Part shown: piece by piece, positions 19,586-31,035 of the stretch
Layout of the letters: every line of letters starts with the position of its first letter
Numbering within the stretch: the first letter of the stretch is position 1
Source: an uncultured Alphaproteobacteria bacterium
Lineage (GTDB): Bacteria > Pseudomonadota > Alphaproteobacteria > RF32 > CAG-239
Length of the DNA: 61,905 nucleotides
Direction of reading: 5' to 3'
Assembly: GCA_944391315.1 (NCBI GenBank)
Contig: CALXTD010000006.1
Span: 1-61,905 of the forward strand
Position numbers and translations under genes: made by a program
Notes under the pieces: model-generated
The model's input: the letters and a program-made list of their open reading frames with translations, nothing else
Told to the model about the DNA's origin: nothing
Database searches by the model: none

Positions 19586-20679
19586 GCGCCGGCCTCCTCT
19601 ATGATAACCGTCAAAATACCGGTAATAACTATCATCCAAACAATTGAGGCGACAACGGCTTTGGTCGTTGCAACACCGACACTGTCAGCATTTCTGCCGC
19701 AATGAACACCATAATAGCATCCGCACAAAGCAATAATATAGCCATAGACAAAGCCATGCAGAATTCCGAGCAAAAAGTTGCTCATCTTTAGGGCTTTTTC
19801 GGTGTACTGCCAATATTCATCAATAGAAAAACCAAGCATAACCGTTCCGACGACAGCACCGCCGATCATACCCATCAGGTCTGAGAGCATGGTTAAAAAC
19901 GGCATGGTTATCATCAAAGCAGAAATGCGCGGTAATACTAAAAAATCTGTTATCGGAATCCCCATGGTACGCAGGGCATCAACTTCTTCATTAACCTGCA
20001 TGGTGCCAATCGTGGCAGCATAAGATGCTCCGGTTCTGCCTGACATGACTATTCCTGCCATAATCGCACCCATTATTCTGGTCATGGCAATGGCGACCAA
20101 GCTTGAAACATATATCTCAACACCAAAAGTTTGCATTTGTATGGCGCCGACAAATGCCAGTATCAGCCCCACCATAAAGCTTATCAAGGAAATGATGCCC
20201 ACAGCTTGATAGCTACATCCTTCTAAGGCAAAAAGAAAGTCAACTTTTCTCATGATAGCGCGACCACTAAGCAGTCTCAACATTGATTTCATGCTATCTT
20301 TGATAAAGCTTACGCCTTGGCAAAAGCTTTTATAGCCATTTATACTGTTTTCACCAACTTTTTCAAAAAAGTCTTGTTTTTCGTCCTTGGCTTCCGGCGG
20401 TTTACGGTCAACTTTTAAGGCGAGCTGGAGCAAATGAGCCAAATCTTTGGGCAACGAAGTGACGTCTATTTCTTTTCGCCCTTTGGATAATTTATAAAGA
20501 AAACCAACCGTTGTTGAATCCCAGTCGGTTAGCTTTTTGGCATCAAAGCTTATTTTTGATTTTTTTTGTTCGGCGATGGTAGCATAAATTTGCGCCTTCT
20601 CTGCCTCGTTATCATAAGAACAGAGATTGCCCTCCAAAATGACTTTGACTTCTCCGGTTAAAACTTGGCAAGACAGCAC
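19582..20679 (-). CDS. mlaE: MlaE-type ABC permease with N-terminal STAS-like region
   Basis: GRTGASYAATIGTMQVNEEVDAL, VGVATTKAVV. Confidence 0.88.
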   Translation of the reverse strand: MLSCQVLTGEVKVILEGNLCSYDNEAEKAQIYATIAEQKKSKISFDAKKLTDWDSTTVGFLYKLSKGRKEIDVTSLPKDLAHLLQLALKVDRKPPEAKDEKQDFFEKVGENSINGYKSFCQGVSFIKDSMKSMLRLLSGRAIMRKVDFLFALEGCSYQAVGIISLISFMVGLILAFVGAIQMQTFGVEIYVSSLVAIAMTRIMGAIMAGIVMSGRTGASYAATIGTMQVNEEVDALRTMGIPITDFLVLPRISALMITMPFLTMLSDLMGMIGGAVVGTVMLGFSIDEYWQYTEKALKMSNFLLGILHGFVYGYIIALCGCYYGVHCGRNADSVGVATTKAVVASIVWMIVITGILTVIIEEAGA

Positions 20680-20772
20680 TGTTTACGCTCTCCTTTTTTT
20701 ATATTATGAGGTAATATTGCTTAATAATTTAATCTTGTTTTTTAGTTTTTTCAAGAAAAGCTTTTCCGTTTC

Positions 20773-21171
20773 TTATTTCTTAAGGTTAAAAAATTTTTCC
20801 AATCCCTCAATAATTTCTTTATCCGCCGGTGCGAAATCGTATTTTTTTAATTCTTGCGGCGATATCCATTTGATTTGTTCGTGCGAATCCATATAATCAA
20901 TTTTATCTGTTTGGCTTTCTGCCCAAAAAGCATTTAATGATATGCTGAATTCTCCGTAATCATAACGGGTTTCCATGAAAAAATCTTTAACGTTTACATC
21001 AAGATGCAGTTCTTCTTGCAATTCTCTTTTTAAGCACTCCGGTAAGGTTTCTCCGGCTTCAAGCTTTCCGCCGGGGAATTCCCATTTATAGGCAAGAGAT
21101 TTTCCGTGTATTCTTTGGGCAATTAATATTTTGCCGTTATACATCACTATTCCGGCGGCAACTGTTTTCAT
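20773..21171 (-). CDS. NUDIX hydrolase, MutT/NudG family
   Basis: WEFPGGKLEAGETLPECLKRELQEEL Nudix box, FAPAD. Confidence 0.88.
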   Translation of the reverse strand: MKTVAAGIVMYNGKILIAQRIHGKSLAYKWEFPGGKLEAGETLPECLKRELQEELHLDVNVKDFFMETRYDYGEFSISLNAFWAESQTDKIDYMDSHEQIKWISPQELKKYDFAPADKEIIEGLEKFFNLKK

Positions 21172-21177
21172 GATTGA

Positions 21178-21837
21178 TTATCCTATGATTTTTTTGACAA
21201 TTTCAAAAGAATGTTGTCCGGCCTCGGCCCAAAAGTTTTCATATTGTGTGTTATGATTTTTAATGCCCGGAGTGTCACTGATAATTCTAAGGCTCAAAAA
21301 CGGAACATTATACATTAAACAAACTTGGGCGATTGCCGCAGATTCCATATCAACAGCGGCGGCCTGCGGATAAATATCTTTGATATGGGCAACTTCATCT
21401 GCCTTGGTTATAAAACGATCACCGCTGGCAATCATTACAGGGATGGCGCCTGATTGTTCTGCTTTTTTTCGCCATAAAAAATCTGTTTCAAAATATTGCG
21501 AAAAGCCCTGCAAGTGACCTTCTTCTTCTCCGCAATAAACGTCGTAATACCCTATTTTATCGGCAACTACAATATCTTTTACTTGCAGATTTTGGCCAAT
21601 GCCGCCGGCTGCCCCCGTGTTTATCAACACATCAGGATGGTAGTTTTTTATTAATTCAAGAGCGCCTACAGCGGCACAGACTTTTCCTATTCCGCACTGA
21701 CCGATTGTTAATTCATTTTCACTTAATCTGCCATGGTAAAACAAACTTCCGCCGATTGAGTTTTTTTCAGCTTCTGAAATTAAGCCCTGCAGAAGCTCAA
21801 TCTCTTTGCTCATTGCCGCGATAATACCGATTTTCAT
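21178..21837 (-). CDS. mtnN: 5'-methylthioadenosine/S-adenosylhomocysteine nucleosidase
   Basis: MKIGIIAAM, GIGKV, SGDRFI, VDMESAAIAQVC, RIISD. Confidence 0.9.
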   Translation of the reverse strand: MKIGIIAAMSKEIELLQGLISEAEKNSIGGSLFYHGRLSENELTIGQCGIGKVCAAVGALELIKNYHPDVLINTGAAGGIGQNLQVKDIVVADKIGYYDVYCGEEEGHLQGFSQYFETDFLWRKKAEQSGAIPVMIASGDRFITKADEVAHIKDIYPQAAAVDMESAAIAQVCLMYNVPFLSLRIISDTPGIKNHNTQYENFWAEAGQHSFEIVKKIIG

Positions 21838-21845
21838 TTTATCCT

Positions 21846-22490
21846 CTAGTAATAAAACGGATCAAAACCAATGCGGACACCTACCAATATTTCTTGCATT
21901 TTATCTATTCCGGGGATGTCGGCAAAAATGTAGCGATACATGGCTCGGAATGAGATATAGTCATCAAAATTAATTTGGAAACCGGCGCCTAATCTCAAGC
22001 CGATAGAATCGTCTTTTTCCGTAACTTTCTTCTCAATACCACCGGCTGAATATTTAAATTCTGTTTCAAAATTATATTGTGCTACACCGGCTGAGAGCAG
22101 CCAATCAACCTTATCTGTTGATTTTATATAGGCCATCATGTCCAGACCGTAGGCCTGATATGATGTTTCTGCACTCAACTGAGAGTTAAGGCTGGCAATA
22201 TTATCATAGGTTTTATCATGTGTTCCAGAGGCTTGATAAAATACTTCAACACCAAAATTTTCGCTAAAATTATAGCCGGCATTAATCGCAGCATTAACCA
22301 TGCTGTCCGGTGCCTCAACAGACTGACTGACCGGAGGATTTATATTTGAAAAGCTGGGGCCTCCGTCAACTTTATTAAAGTCATAAATAAAATCTGTTCC
22401 CACATAGACGCGATTGGGAACGGCATAGGCATTTGCCGCACTCAAAAGACTGAAAATCGTACCATAGTAAAAAAGCTTTTTCATCCGCAT
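21846..22490 (-). CDS. OmpA-like outer-membrane beta-barrel protein
   Basis: Signal peptide, AGYNFSENFGVE, RLGAGFQ, RAMYRY. Confidence 0.75.
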   Translation of the reverse strand: MRMKKLFYYGTIFSLLSAANAYAVPNRVYVGTDFIYDFNKVDGGPSFSNINPPVSQSVEAPDSMVNAAINAGYNFSENFGVEVFYQASGTHDKTYDNIASLNSQLSAETSYQAYGLDMMAYIKSTDKVDWLLSAGVAQYNFETEFKYSAGGIEKKVTEKDDSIGLRLGAGFQINFDDYISFRAMYRYIFADIPGIDKMQEILVGVRIGFDPFYY

Positions 22491-22594
22491 AATCCTTCCT
22501 TAGTCTTTTTTATATGATATTATTTTATTATTCAACTGCTGTTGATATTTTATCCTCTTTATTGTATTGTGGTTTGAAAATTTGGAGGCATGAT

Positions 22595-23299
22595 ATGGGT
22601 AAAAAATATAAAAGCATTGTGGTTTTGACCGGAGCAGGAATTTCTGCCGAATCGGGATTAGCTACCTTTCGAAGCTCTAACGGCTTATGGAACAATCACC
22701 GCGTTGAAGATGTGGCTACAATCGAAGCCTTTCAGCGTAATCCGGAATTTGTTCATGACTTTTACAACCAGATGAAGCCGGAACTCCTTGCTGCAAAGCC
22801 TAATCCGGCTCACTTGGCACTGACAAAGTTGCAAGATAATTATCCTGCTCCTGTTTCTATCATTACACAAAATGTTGATACTTTGCATGAAAAGGCAAAG
22901 TCACGCAATATTTATCATATTCACGGGCAAATCAATCAAGCCGTTTGTCTTAACTGCGGACATATTTTAGAAACATGGAACGACATAACCACCGAAACAG
23001 TTTGCCCACAATGCTCGGTGGCCGGTATGATGAAGCCAAACATTGTCTTCTTTGGTGAAAATCTGCTTTATATGGACAAGGTTGAGCGACTTTTGGCTTC
23101 TTGCGATTTGTTTATTTCCGTCGGTACATCCGGTGTGGTTTTTCCGGCTGCGGCTTTTGTGCAAACGGCAAAGCTTTATGGCGCTGAAACCTATGAATTT
23201 AATCTCGAAAAGACATCAAATAATTTTTATTTTGACCATCATATATTCGGAAAAGCCGGAGAAACCCTGCCGCCCTTTGTTGATGCGCTTTTAGCCTAA
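22595..23299 (+). CDS. cobB: NAD-dependent deacylase (sirtuin)
   Basis: TGAGISAESGLATFR, TQNVD, HG, CxxC pairs, PNIVFFGE, GTSG. Confidence 0.92.
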   Translation: MGKKYKSIVVLTGAGISAESGLATFRSSNGLWNNHRVEDVATIEAFQRNPEFVHDFYNQMKPELLAAKPNPAHLALTKLQDNYPAPVSIITQNVDTLHEKAKSRNIYHIHGQINQAVCLNCGHILETWNDITTETVCPQCSVAGMMKPNIVFFGENLLYMDKVERLLASCDLFISVGTSGVVFPAAAFVQTAKLYGAETYEFNLEKTSNNFYFDHHIFGKAGETLPPFVDALLA

Positions 23300-23338
23300 A
23301 AAAATTCCTCAGTTTTTTTCAAACTGAGGAATTTTTAT
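23298..23338. terminator. Bidirectional intrinsic terminator
   Basis: aaaaattcctcagttt / aaactgaggaattttt inverted repeat between cobB and secA. Confidence 0.8.
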
Positions 23339-23341
23339 TTT

Positions 23342-26080
23342 CTAAACCTTGCCGTGGCAATGTTTATATTTTAAGCCCGAGCCACAAGGACAAGGATCAT
23401 TTCTTGACACCTTTCCCCAAGTGCTTGGATCTTTGGGATCTATTGCCGTTTTGTTATATGAAAACGGTGAGGCTTTTGCGGCTTCTTGCTCTGCTCTCGG
23501 GGCTTCTGCCGGACGGCGAGAAATTAAAGACTGCGGTTCTTCGTGAACTTCCTTCATCTCGCGCGGCGCTTCATTTCTGGCCTGCAAAGTATTTGCATCG
23601 CCCATTTGGATTTGAACACGGCAAATCAAGAAGGTCAGGCGCTCTTTCAACAAATCAAGCATTTGTGAAAACATATTAAACGCCTCTTTTTTATACTCGT
23701 TTAACGGGTCTTTTTGGCCATAAGCGCGCAGAACAATCGTATGACGCATTTGCTCTAAGGTAGCAATATGGTCTTTCCATAACTGATCCATAACTTGGAG
23801 CAAGATGCTCTTTTCTACCATATGCATCAGCGAATCGGGCACGTCTTTATTACGGGCTTTGATATTTTCAACAACAAAAGCTATGACTTTTTCAGACATA
23901 CCATCCGAATCGATTTCTGCCTCTTTAGCCCATTCTTCAACAGGAATATCCATTCCCGTAATGCGGAACAACTCAGTCTTGAGTTCTTTGAGCGGGCATT
24001 CTGACGGCAGGCTTCCGTGCGGAATATATGAAGCAACAATATCCTCCAAATATTCATCACGCATTTCTTCAACCGTTTCAGAAACATCATCTGCCTGCAT
24101 CAATTCACGGCGCTGTTCATAAATGACCTTTCTTTGGTCGTTCATTACGTTATCGTATTTTAACAAATTTTTACGGATATCAAAGTTGCGCTCTTCGACT
24201 TTTTGCTGCGCTTTTTCAATTGCACGGCTTATCCATGGGTGAACCAGCGCCTCACCTTCCGGCAAACCTAAGCGCTTTAACATTGCACTCATTCTCTCAG
24301 AGCCGAAAATACGCATTAAGTCATCTTCAAGCGATAAGAAGAACTTTGAGGTTCCAGGGTCGCCTTGACGTCCGGAACGTCCGCGCAGCTGATTATCAAT
24401 ACGGCGGCTTTCGTGACGCTCTGTTCCCAAGACATATAGACCACCAGCTTCGATGGCTTTCTTTTTGCCTTCTTCAATCTCGGCTTTTAATTTCTCTTTT
24501 ATCTTGGCAATTTGCTCTTCGCTTTCATCACCTTTGAGTTCTTCTTTTAAGCGCATATCCAAGTTACCACCGAGCTGAATATCTGTTCCGCGGCCGGCCA
24601 TATTGGTGGCGATGGTTACTGCCCCCGGAACACCTGCTTGGGCAACAATCGCGGCTTCTCTTTCATGGTGGCGCGCATTCAAGACCTCAAACTTTATGTT
24701 ACTGCGCTGTTTTAATAAATCTGCAATCAGTTCTGATTTTTCAATTGAGGTTGTACCGACCAAAATCGGCTGGCCTTTTTTTTGGCAATCAATTATTGTA
24801 TTTATAATTGCATTATATTTTTCTTTGGCGGTACGATAAATTTCGTCATGTTCATCTTTGCGCTGTACCGGCTTGTTGGTTGGAATTTCAACGCAAGTCA
24901 AATTATAAATATCACCAAACTCAGCTTCTTCGGTCATGGCCGTACCGGTCATACCTGCGAGTTTTGGATAAAGACGGAAATAATTTTGGAAAGTAATGGA
25001 GGCCAAAGTTTGGTTCTCTGACTGAATATCAACCCCTTCTTTGGCTTCTAAGGCTTGGTGCAAGCCATCTGAATAACGGCGGCCTTCCATAATACGTCCG
25101 GTGAACTCGTCAATAATCATTACCTTGCCGTCTTTGACAATATAATCTACATCACGAGAAAACATCTTGTGTGCGCGCAAGGCCTGATTGACGTGGTGAA
25201 CCAAGGTGACATTGGCTAAATCATACAGTGAGCCTTCTTTTATCAGACCGACTTCTTTTAACAAAGCTTCTACATGGGTCATGCCGGCTTCGGTTAAAAC
25301 GACCGTTCTGGCTTTTTCATCTTTTTCATAGTCGGCCGGTATTAACTTCGGAATAACTTTATTTACCGAGATATATTTTTCTGAAGAATCTTCTGCGGCG
25401 CCGGAAATAATCAACGGAGTACGTGCCTCATCAATCAAGATTGAGTCAACCTCATCCACAATCGCATAGTTAAACGGACGCTGTACCAGCTCGTTCATGG
25501 AAAACTTCATATTATCGCGCAGATAATCAAAGCCAAGCTCATTATTTGTTGCGTAAGTAATGTCGCAATTATAAGCCTGTCTGCGCTGATTGTCATCTTT
25601 TCCATGAATAATGTAATCGACAGTCAAGCCCAAGAAGCGGAAGACTTGTCCCATCCACTCAGCATCACGCTTGGCCAAATAATCGTTTACCGTAACAATG
25701 TGAACGCCTTTGCCTTCCAGCGCATTCAAATAAGCCGGCAAGGTTTCAACCAAAGTTTTACCTTCACCGGTTTTCATTTCAGCAATCATGCCGTTATGCA
25801 AAACAATACCACCGATTAACTGAACATCGTAGTGGCGCTGCCCCAAAGTTCTTTTCGCTGCCTCACGTACTACGGCAAAAGCTTCAGGCAGCAAGTCATC
25901 CAGTGTTTCGCCTTCTTTTATTCTGGTTCTGAACTCTTCAGTCTTGGCTTTTAACTCTTCATCACTCAGGGCTGACATCTCAGGTTCAAGTGAGTTTATC
26001 TTTTGTACTATCTTATTTTGTTTTTTTACAAATCTGTCGTTTGCGCTACCAAAAATTGTTTTTGCTATTTTTCCCAGCAT
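23342..26080 (-). CDS. secA: Preprotein translocase ATPase SecA
   Basis: [39 protein letters not shown]-terminal CPCGSG.KYKHCH. Confidence 0.98.
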   Translation of the reverse strand: MLGKIAKTIFGSANDRFVKKQNKIVQKINSLEPEMSALSDEELKAKTEEFRTRIKEGETLDDLLPEAFAVVREAAKRTLGQRHYDVQLIGGIVLHNGMIAEMKTGEGKTLVETLPAYLNALEGKGVHIVTVNDYLAKRDAEWMGQVFRFLGLTVDYIIHGKDDNQRRQAYNCDITYATNNELGFDYLRDNMKFSMNELVQRPFNYAIVDEVDSILIDEARTPLIISGAAEDSSEKYISVNKVIPKLIPADYEKDEKARTVVLTEAGMTHVEALLKEVGLIKEGSLYDLANVTLVHHVNQALRAHKMFSRDVDYIVKDGKVMIIDEFTGRIMEGRRYSDGLHQALEAKEGVDIQSENQTLASITFQNYFRLYPKLAGMTGTAMTEEAEFGDIYNLTCVEIPTNKPVQRKDEHDEIYRTAKEKYNAIINTIIDCQKKGQPILVGTTSIEKSELIADLLKQRSNIKFEVLNARHHEREAAIVAQAGVPGAVTIATNMAGRGTDIQLGGNLDMRLKEELKGDESEEQIAKIKEKLKAEIEEGKKKAIEAGGLYVLGTERHESRRIDNQLRGRSGRQGDPGTSKFFLSLEDDLMRIFGSERMSAMLKRLGLPEGEALVHPWISRAIEKAQQKVEERNFDIRKNLLKYDNVMNDQRKVIYEQRRELMQADDVSETVEEMRDEYLEDIVASYIPHGSLPSECPLKELKTELFRITGMDIPVEEWAKEAEIDSDGMSEKVIAFVVENIKARNKDVPDSLMHMVEKSILLQVMDQLWKDHIATLEQMRHTIVLRAYGQKDPLNEYKKEAFNMFSQMLDLLKERLTFLICRVQIQMGDANTLQARNEAPREMKEVHEEPQSLISRRPAEAPRAEQEAAKASPFSYNKTAIDPKDPSTWGKVSRNDPCPCGSGLKYKHCHGKV

Positions 26081-26248
26081 TATTTTTTCCTATTTTTTTA
26101 TTTCAATTATTTTACATTTAGTGTGAATTGTGCTCAAAGTCAATACTTACCACCAAAGTTATAAACTTCTTAAAAAAATTATCTTGGAATTATGTTTTTA
26201 TTTGGCTATATTTTATTTGATTTAATTTTTTTTAAGGAGATGCTTTTT

Positions 26249-27091
26249 ATGCAAAACAAACTGATTGCCGCTGCCGCTTTGTCGATGCTCGTATTGGCCC
26301 CCAATGCCGCTCGCGCCGAAGGAAAAGATGGTGTGGCCGCCGTGGTTAACGGTGAAGAAATTACGGTTGAGGAAATGAAGCAAGGTTATGAAGACAATAC
26401 TCCGATTAAAGAGCAAGTGTCTTTCGACGTCTTTTATGACAAAGCCCTTGATGTCTATGTTAACGGAAAACTTTTGTATCTGGCAGCAGAAGAAGCCGGT
26501 GTGCTCGATATGCCTGAATATAAGCGCAATGTTCAGACTGCTAAAGAAGAACTCGCCAGAAAGTTTTATCTCCAGAAAAAAGTTGATGAAAAAGTTTCTG
26601 ATGAAGACATCAAAAAACTTTATGACGAATACAAGTCAACCTTCAAAAGCGAAAAAGAAATTAAAGCTAAACACATTTTGGTTGACTCTGAAAGCAAGGC
26701 CAAAGAAGTTATCTCAAAACTCAAAAAAGGTCAGAAATTTGATGACTTAGCCAAAGAATATTCTCTTGATAAAGCTGTTGATCTTGGCTATTTTACCCGC
26801 AATATGATGGTGCCGGAATTTTCTGATGCCGCTTTTGCCATGAAAAAAGGAAAATATTCTACAAAGCCGGTCAAGACTCAGTTCGGTTATCATGTAATTT
26901 TGGTTGAAGATATTCGCGATGCGAAACCGCTGCCCTTAAAACAGGTTAAATCTCAGCTGAAGGGTATGCTCTCTCAAGATGCTATTGCTCAGGTCTTCAA
27001 AGAGCTTTATGATTCTTCTAAAATTACGAAGTATTCTCTCGACGGAAAAGAGATTAAAGATCCGGTTATTATGCCTAAGAGTGCAAAGTAA
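26249..27091 (+). CDS. Periplasmic parvulin-type peptidyl-prolyl isomerase
   Basis: Signal peptide, AKHILV, LAKEYS.D, DLGYF, KTQFGYHVI. Confidence 0.88.
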   Translation: MQNKLIAAAALSMLVLAPNAARAEGKDGVAAVVNGEEITVEEMKQGYEDNTPIKEQVSFDVFYDKALDVYVNGKLLYLAAEEAGVLDMPEYKRNVQTAKEELARKFYLQKKVDEKVSDEDIKKLYDEYKSTFKSEKEIKAKHILVDSESKAKEVISKLKKGQKFDDLAKEYSLDKAVDLGYFTRNMMVPEFSDAAFAMKKGKYSTKPVKTQFGYHVILVEDIRDAKPLPLKQVKSQLKGMLSQDAIAQVFKELYDSSKITKYSLDGKEIKDPVIMPKSAK

Positions 27092-27093
27092 AG

Positions 27094-27537
27094 TTATTTA
27101 CTTTTATCTTCGCCCTTTTGGTTTTCTGCCAGAAGGGCTTTTCTTTTGCGCTCAAAGCTTTTGATGTCGGCAATTTTGTTTTTAACATAGTCTGCTTGCT
27201 GCGGGGTTAATTTATTTTCGACAAGTGTTTTTTCCAATATCTCTTTTATTTCTTTTGTGGTTTTAGGCTCGTTTACGGCAATATTATGCAGATAAAAAAC
27301 AGCGCCTCTGAAAATTTGGTCATTTTTGGATTGCAACTGTTCGGCAATGCTGATATATGGCGGCGTAAAACTATCTTTTTCATCTTCTATCATCGCATCA
27401 TAGGCGCTTTTTTGAATTTTGCGCGCGATTGCCTCGGTTATGCCGACATTTTTTTCTCCGCGAAATAAATTTCCCGTGCGGCTGACAATGTTTTTAATCT
27501 TATTTATTATCGCGAACTGCGGGCTGAACTGTGTCAT
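27094..27537 (-). CDS. Hypothetical protein
   Basis: 147-aa ORF abutting the antiporter gene. Confidence 0.6.
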   Translation of the reverse strand: MTQFSPQFAIINKIKNIVSRTGNLFRGEKNVGITEAIARKIQKSAYDAMIEDEKDSFTPPYISIAEQLQSKNDQIFRGAVFYLHNIAVNEPKTTKEIKEILEKTLVENKLTPQQADYVKNKIADIKSFERKRKALLAENQKGEDKSK

Positions 27538-29280
27538 CTATTTTTTCTCCTCTTCTTCGGGCTCTTCTTTTTCTTTTCGGCTATATAAATTGCTTAAAAA
27601 TTGTCCTTCAATGCGATGATATTGATTCATTAATCCTTGAGAACGATACATCAACAGAAGCAATATAAACACGATGATATAAGTAACGTATATATTTTTG
27701 GTCAAAAAGTGATTTATAACAATCATGATATACATAGCGGCTATTATCATGCGAAAGGCTATCATTAACACTAAGGGCAAGCGTTTCTTTACGCTCCTTG
27801 TCCAAAGTGTAGTATATATTTTCTTTACTCTGTCTCTCGGCGTCAATAAATTGCGCAAGAAAGGCGACATCATGGCCAGAGTGATAATGGTGGTTATAAT
27901 CGATGATACATTTTCAGGAAATATATCAATTAAGTATGGATAAACAACAAAAAAGTTTATATTTATGATAGCAATAACAATTACGGAAGTAATGCTCAAT
28001 TTCATAAAGTAATTATAAAACAGCTCTTTCCAAAGGTTTTCTTCCGCATGTGTCGGAGGTACATTACTGGTGTGTTTAGCCAAAAACAGTTGTACTTTTT
28101 CAGGAAGTCTTTTATTTATATAATTGTATGCCGGTTTACTCATTTTTATCATCAATGGGGTAGTAAAAGTCGTTATGACAGATACTGCTACGATTATTGG
28201 ATATAGTTCTTTGCTAATTACGCCTAATTGTGTTCCCACTGCGGCAATAATGAAAGCAAATTCTCCTACTTGCGCCAAAGAAAAGCCACATTTCAGAGCG
28301 GTTTCAAGCGGTTTTCCCGATATTAAAACACCTAAGCTATTCATGCTTATTCGCCCTAAGACCACAACTAATGAGATGACGATTATTGGAAGAGTATATT
28401 CAATAAAGTTGTATGGATTGACAGCCAAGCCGACAGATACAAAGAAAATGGCGCCAAAGAAGTCCTTAACCGGCTTGAATATTTTTTCAATTTGTTCAAC
28501 AACTTCAGTTTCGGCCAAAATAGAGCCCATAACAAAAGCTCCCAAAGCAGAAGAAAAACCAAACTGAACGGCAAGCAAAACCATTCCTAAGCACAAGGCG
28601 ATAGCTGTTATCAAAAGCATTTCATCGTTTAAAAATTCTTGAATTTTTTTCAAAAACGTCGGGATAATGTATATTCCCGTGATAAACCACAAAACCAAGA
28701 AAAAGCCCATTTGCAAGACGCTGTAAATAACATCAAGCCCATTCACTGTTTTTCCGACGGCAACGGTTGGCAGCAAAACCAAGATTAAAATTCCGACTAA
28801 ATCTTCTACGACCAAAATTCCGAACACTATATCTCGAAAAGGCTGTCTTCTTAAATTTAGTTCTTCAAACGCCTTAATAATAATCGTGGTGGAAGACATG
28901 GATATCATACCACCCAAGAACAAACTATCTGTTGTGCTCCAGCCCAAAAACAAGCCAACCTGATAGCCTAAAAACAGCATGAACAAAATATTTGCATTGG
29001 CTGCAATCATTGCTGATTTTCCGACATTAACAATCTTTTTAAAACTGAACTCTAAGCCCAATCCAAACAGCAAAAAGATTACGCCGATGTCTGCCCAGAC
29101 TTTTATGTTTTCAAAATCGACTACCGTGGGGGAAATTTGGCAATATGGACCTATTAAAATACCGGCTAAAATATAGCCCAGAACGACCGGCTGTTTTATC
29201 TTTTTAAAAACCAGCGTCACGATAGCGGCATAGATGCTTATCAGAGCCAAATCGCGTATCAACCCCGGAAGTTCTGTCAT
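27538..29280 (-). CDS. CPA2-family cation:proton antiporter
   Basis: KQPVVLGYILAG, FGLGLEFS, SMSSTTI, LAQVGEFAFII. Confidence 0.88.
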   Translation of the reverse strand: MTELPGLIRDLALISIYAAIVTLVFKKIKQPVVLGYILAGILIGPYCQISPTVVDFENIKVWADIGVIFLLFGLGLEFSFKKIVNVGKSAMIAANANILFMLFLGYQVGLFLGWSTTDSLFLGGMISMSSTTIIIKAFEELNLRRQPFRDIVFGILVVEDLVGILILVLLPTVAVGKTVNGLDVIYSVLQMGFFLVLWFITGIYIIPTFLKKIQEFLNDEMLLITAIALCLGMVLLAVQFGFSSALGAFVMGSILAETEVVEQIEKIFKPVKDFFGAIFFVSVGLAVNPYNFIEYTLPIIVISLVVVLGRISMNSLGVLISGKPLETALKCGFSLAQVGEFAFIIAAVGTQLGVISKELYPIIVAVSVITTFTTPLMIKMSKPAYNYINKRLPEKVQLFLAKHTSNVPPTHAEENLWKELFYNYFMKLSITSVIVIAIININFFVVYPYLIDIFPENVSSIITTIITLAMMSPFLRNLLTPRDRVKKIYTTLWTRSVKKRLPLVLMIAFRMIIAAMYIMIVINHFLTKNIYVTYIIVFILLLLMYRSQGLMNQYHRIEGQFLSNLYSRKEKEEPEEEEKK

Positions 29281-29374
29281 TATTCGTTCCTTTAAAAATA
29301 AAATTTTACCTATTTTTTATTGTTATAAAATTAGGTTAAAATATCTTAAAAAAATGTTGTTTTTAAATAAAAAA

Positions 29375-29818
29375 TTATTTCTTTTGCAGTGATGTTTCGG
29401 GCTGAGTTTTTTCTGGCTCACTGAGGTCATTTATCTTTATGCTAAAATCTTGCCAAAGCTTTTTGACCTTGTCTAAAAATGATGTTTCATATTCGCAAGT
29501 TTGTGTTTTTTCATTCCACTGACCTCCCGAATCCTCACATTTTTTTATCTCTTTTTGAGAATAAGCGTAAATTCCATATCCTATTCCGCCGATGACGGCC
29601 AAAACGATAACCGTCTTAAACAAATGTCTGACAACAAAGTAAACACCCCATAAGACAAACAGTCCGTATAAAATGGCTCTGTTCATCAGGGTATCTCCGC
29701 CAAAAATATAAATTTTTGAAGCATAATAAAGTATAGCAACTATAAATAGGCTTGATATCGGCGCGGCCAAGAAGAACAGCCCTATTCTGCTAAAAAAACC
29801 TTTGTTATCATCTGACAT
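29375..29818 (-). CDS. Hypothetical membrane protein
   Basis: RBS ggagg before ATG 29818, three TM segments, C..SGG.W....C motif. Confidence 0.6.
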   Translation of the reverse strand: MSDDNKGFFSRIGLFFLAAPISSLFIVAILYYASKIYIFGGDTLMNRAILYGLFVLWGVYFVVRHLFKTVIVLAVIGGIGYGIYAYSQKEIKKCEDSGGQWNEKTQTCEYETSFLDKVKKLWQDFSIKINDLSEPEKTQPETSLQKK

Positions 29819-29990
29819 ATCGACCTCCCTTGCTATTATCTTCTTATTATTTTTTTTCGGTTTAAGCAAGGATGTTTTGACGGTTATTCTTGTCTAAATT
29901 TTATACTTGATATCTAACCATAAATAATTGCAAAAATGATATTTATATTGTACTCATAAAATAGTTATAATTAATATTGGGAGGGGGTCT

Positions 29991-30923
29991 ATGCCTGCCG
30001 TTTCTGTGATTATTCCCGTGTATAATGTTGAAAAATATCTTCAGCGTTGTTTGGATTCCGTTTTTAATCAGACATTTTCTGATTTAGAAATTATATGTGT
30101 CAATGACGGTTCTCCCGATAATTCTCTAGCAATTTTGCAAGAAAATGCGAAAAAGGATAAGCGCATTAAAATTATTTCTCAAAACAATCAAGGTTTGTCT
30201 CAAGCGCGCAATAACGCTATGAAACATATATCAGGAAAATATGTTGCCTTTCTTGATTCCGATGACTTTTTTGATGATAATTTTATTGAATGCTTATATA
30301 AAAAAGCTGAAGAAGCAAAAGCCGATGTCGTCATGACCAATACCAGATATATATCGCCGACCCGAAGTAAACAAACTCATTTTCACGAAAGATTGCTTTC
30401 AAGTTTTGGTGATAAAATTAAAGCCATTCCTGACGGTAGCTGTTGGAATAAGCTCTATTCTTATGATTTTCTTAAAAAACATAATTTGAATTTTCCTTCC
30501 GGTCTTTATTTTGAAGATAATCTGTTTACTATTCCTGCTTGTTATTTTGCTGATAAATTTATGGTGATTAACGGCGGGTGCTATAATTATATTTACAATC
30601 CCAACAGCATTACAAAAGATCCTAAAAAAGAGCAAAAACGCCTTGCCGATGGTCTTGCTATTACAAAAAAACTTATGGAATTTTGCCACAATCATAAGAT
30701 AAATGAACAAGATAGGCTTTGTGTAGCAGACTTTTGCTTAAATAACATTATAAATTATAAAATGCTTGTCGATAAAACTTATCATGATGAGGTCATATCA
30801 ATTATCGGTGAAAATAAACTTTTGAAAAAGCTCTGTCTTAAAGCTTGGGCAAAGAACATCAGAAGAAAGATTAAAAGCTTTTTGAAAACTCTGCTCGGTA
30901 TAAACACAAAAAAATCCGCTTAG
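29991..30923 (+). CDS. Glycosyltransferase family 2
   Basis: VSVIIPVYNVEKYL, VNDGSPD, GLSQARN, FLDSDD. Confidence 0.9.
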   Translation: MPAVSVIIPVYNVEKYLQRCLDSVFNQTFSDLEIICVNDGSPDNSLAILQENAKKDKRIKIISQNNQGLSQARNNAMKHISGKYVAFLDSDDFFDDNFIECLYKKAEEAKADVVMTNTRYISPTRSKQTHFHERLLSSFGDKIKAIPDGSCWNKLYSYDFLKKHNLNFPSGLYFEDNLFTIPACYFADKFMVINGGCYNYIYNPNSITKDPKKEQKRLADGLAITKKLMEFCHNHKINEQDRLCVADFCLNNIINYKMLVDKTYHDEVISIIGENKLLKKLCLKAWAKNIRRKIKSFLKTLLGINTKKSA

Positions 30924-30938
30924 TGCGGATTTTTTTAA

Positions 30939-31014
<76 letters not shown>

Positions 31015-31035
31015 ATTTAACCTTACGGCTTTTAC

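Noticed and set aside
17458-20679. mlaE-mlaF-mlaD-pqiC cluster as a novel system
   Set aside because: This is a well-known MCE transporter arrangement.
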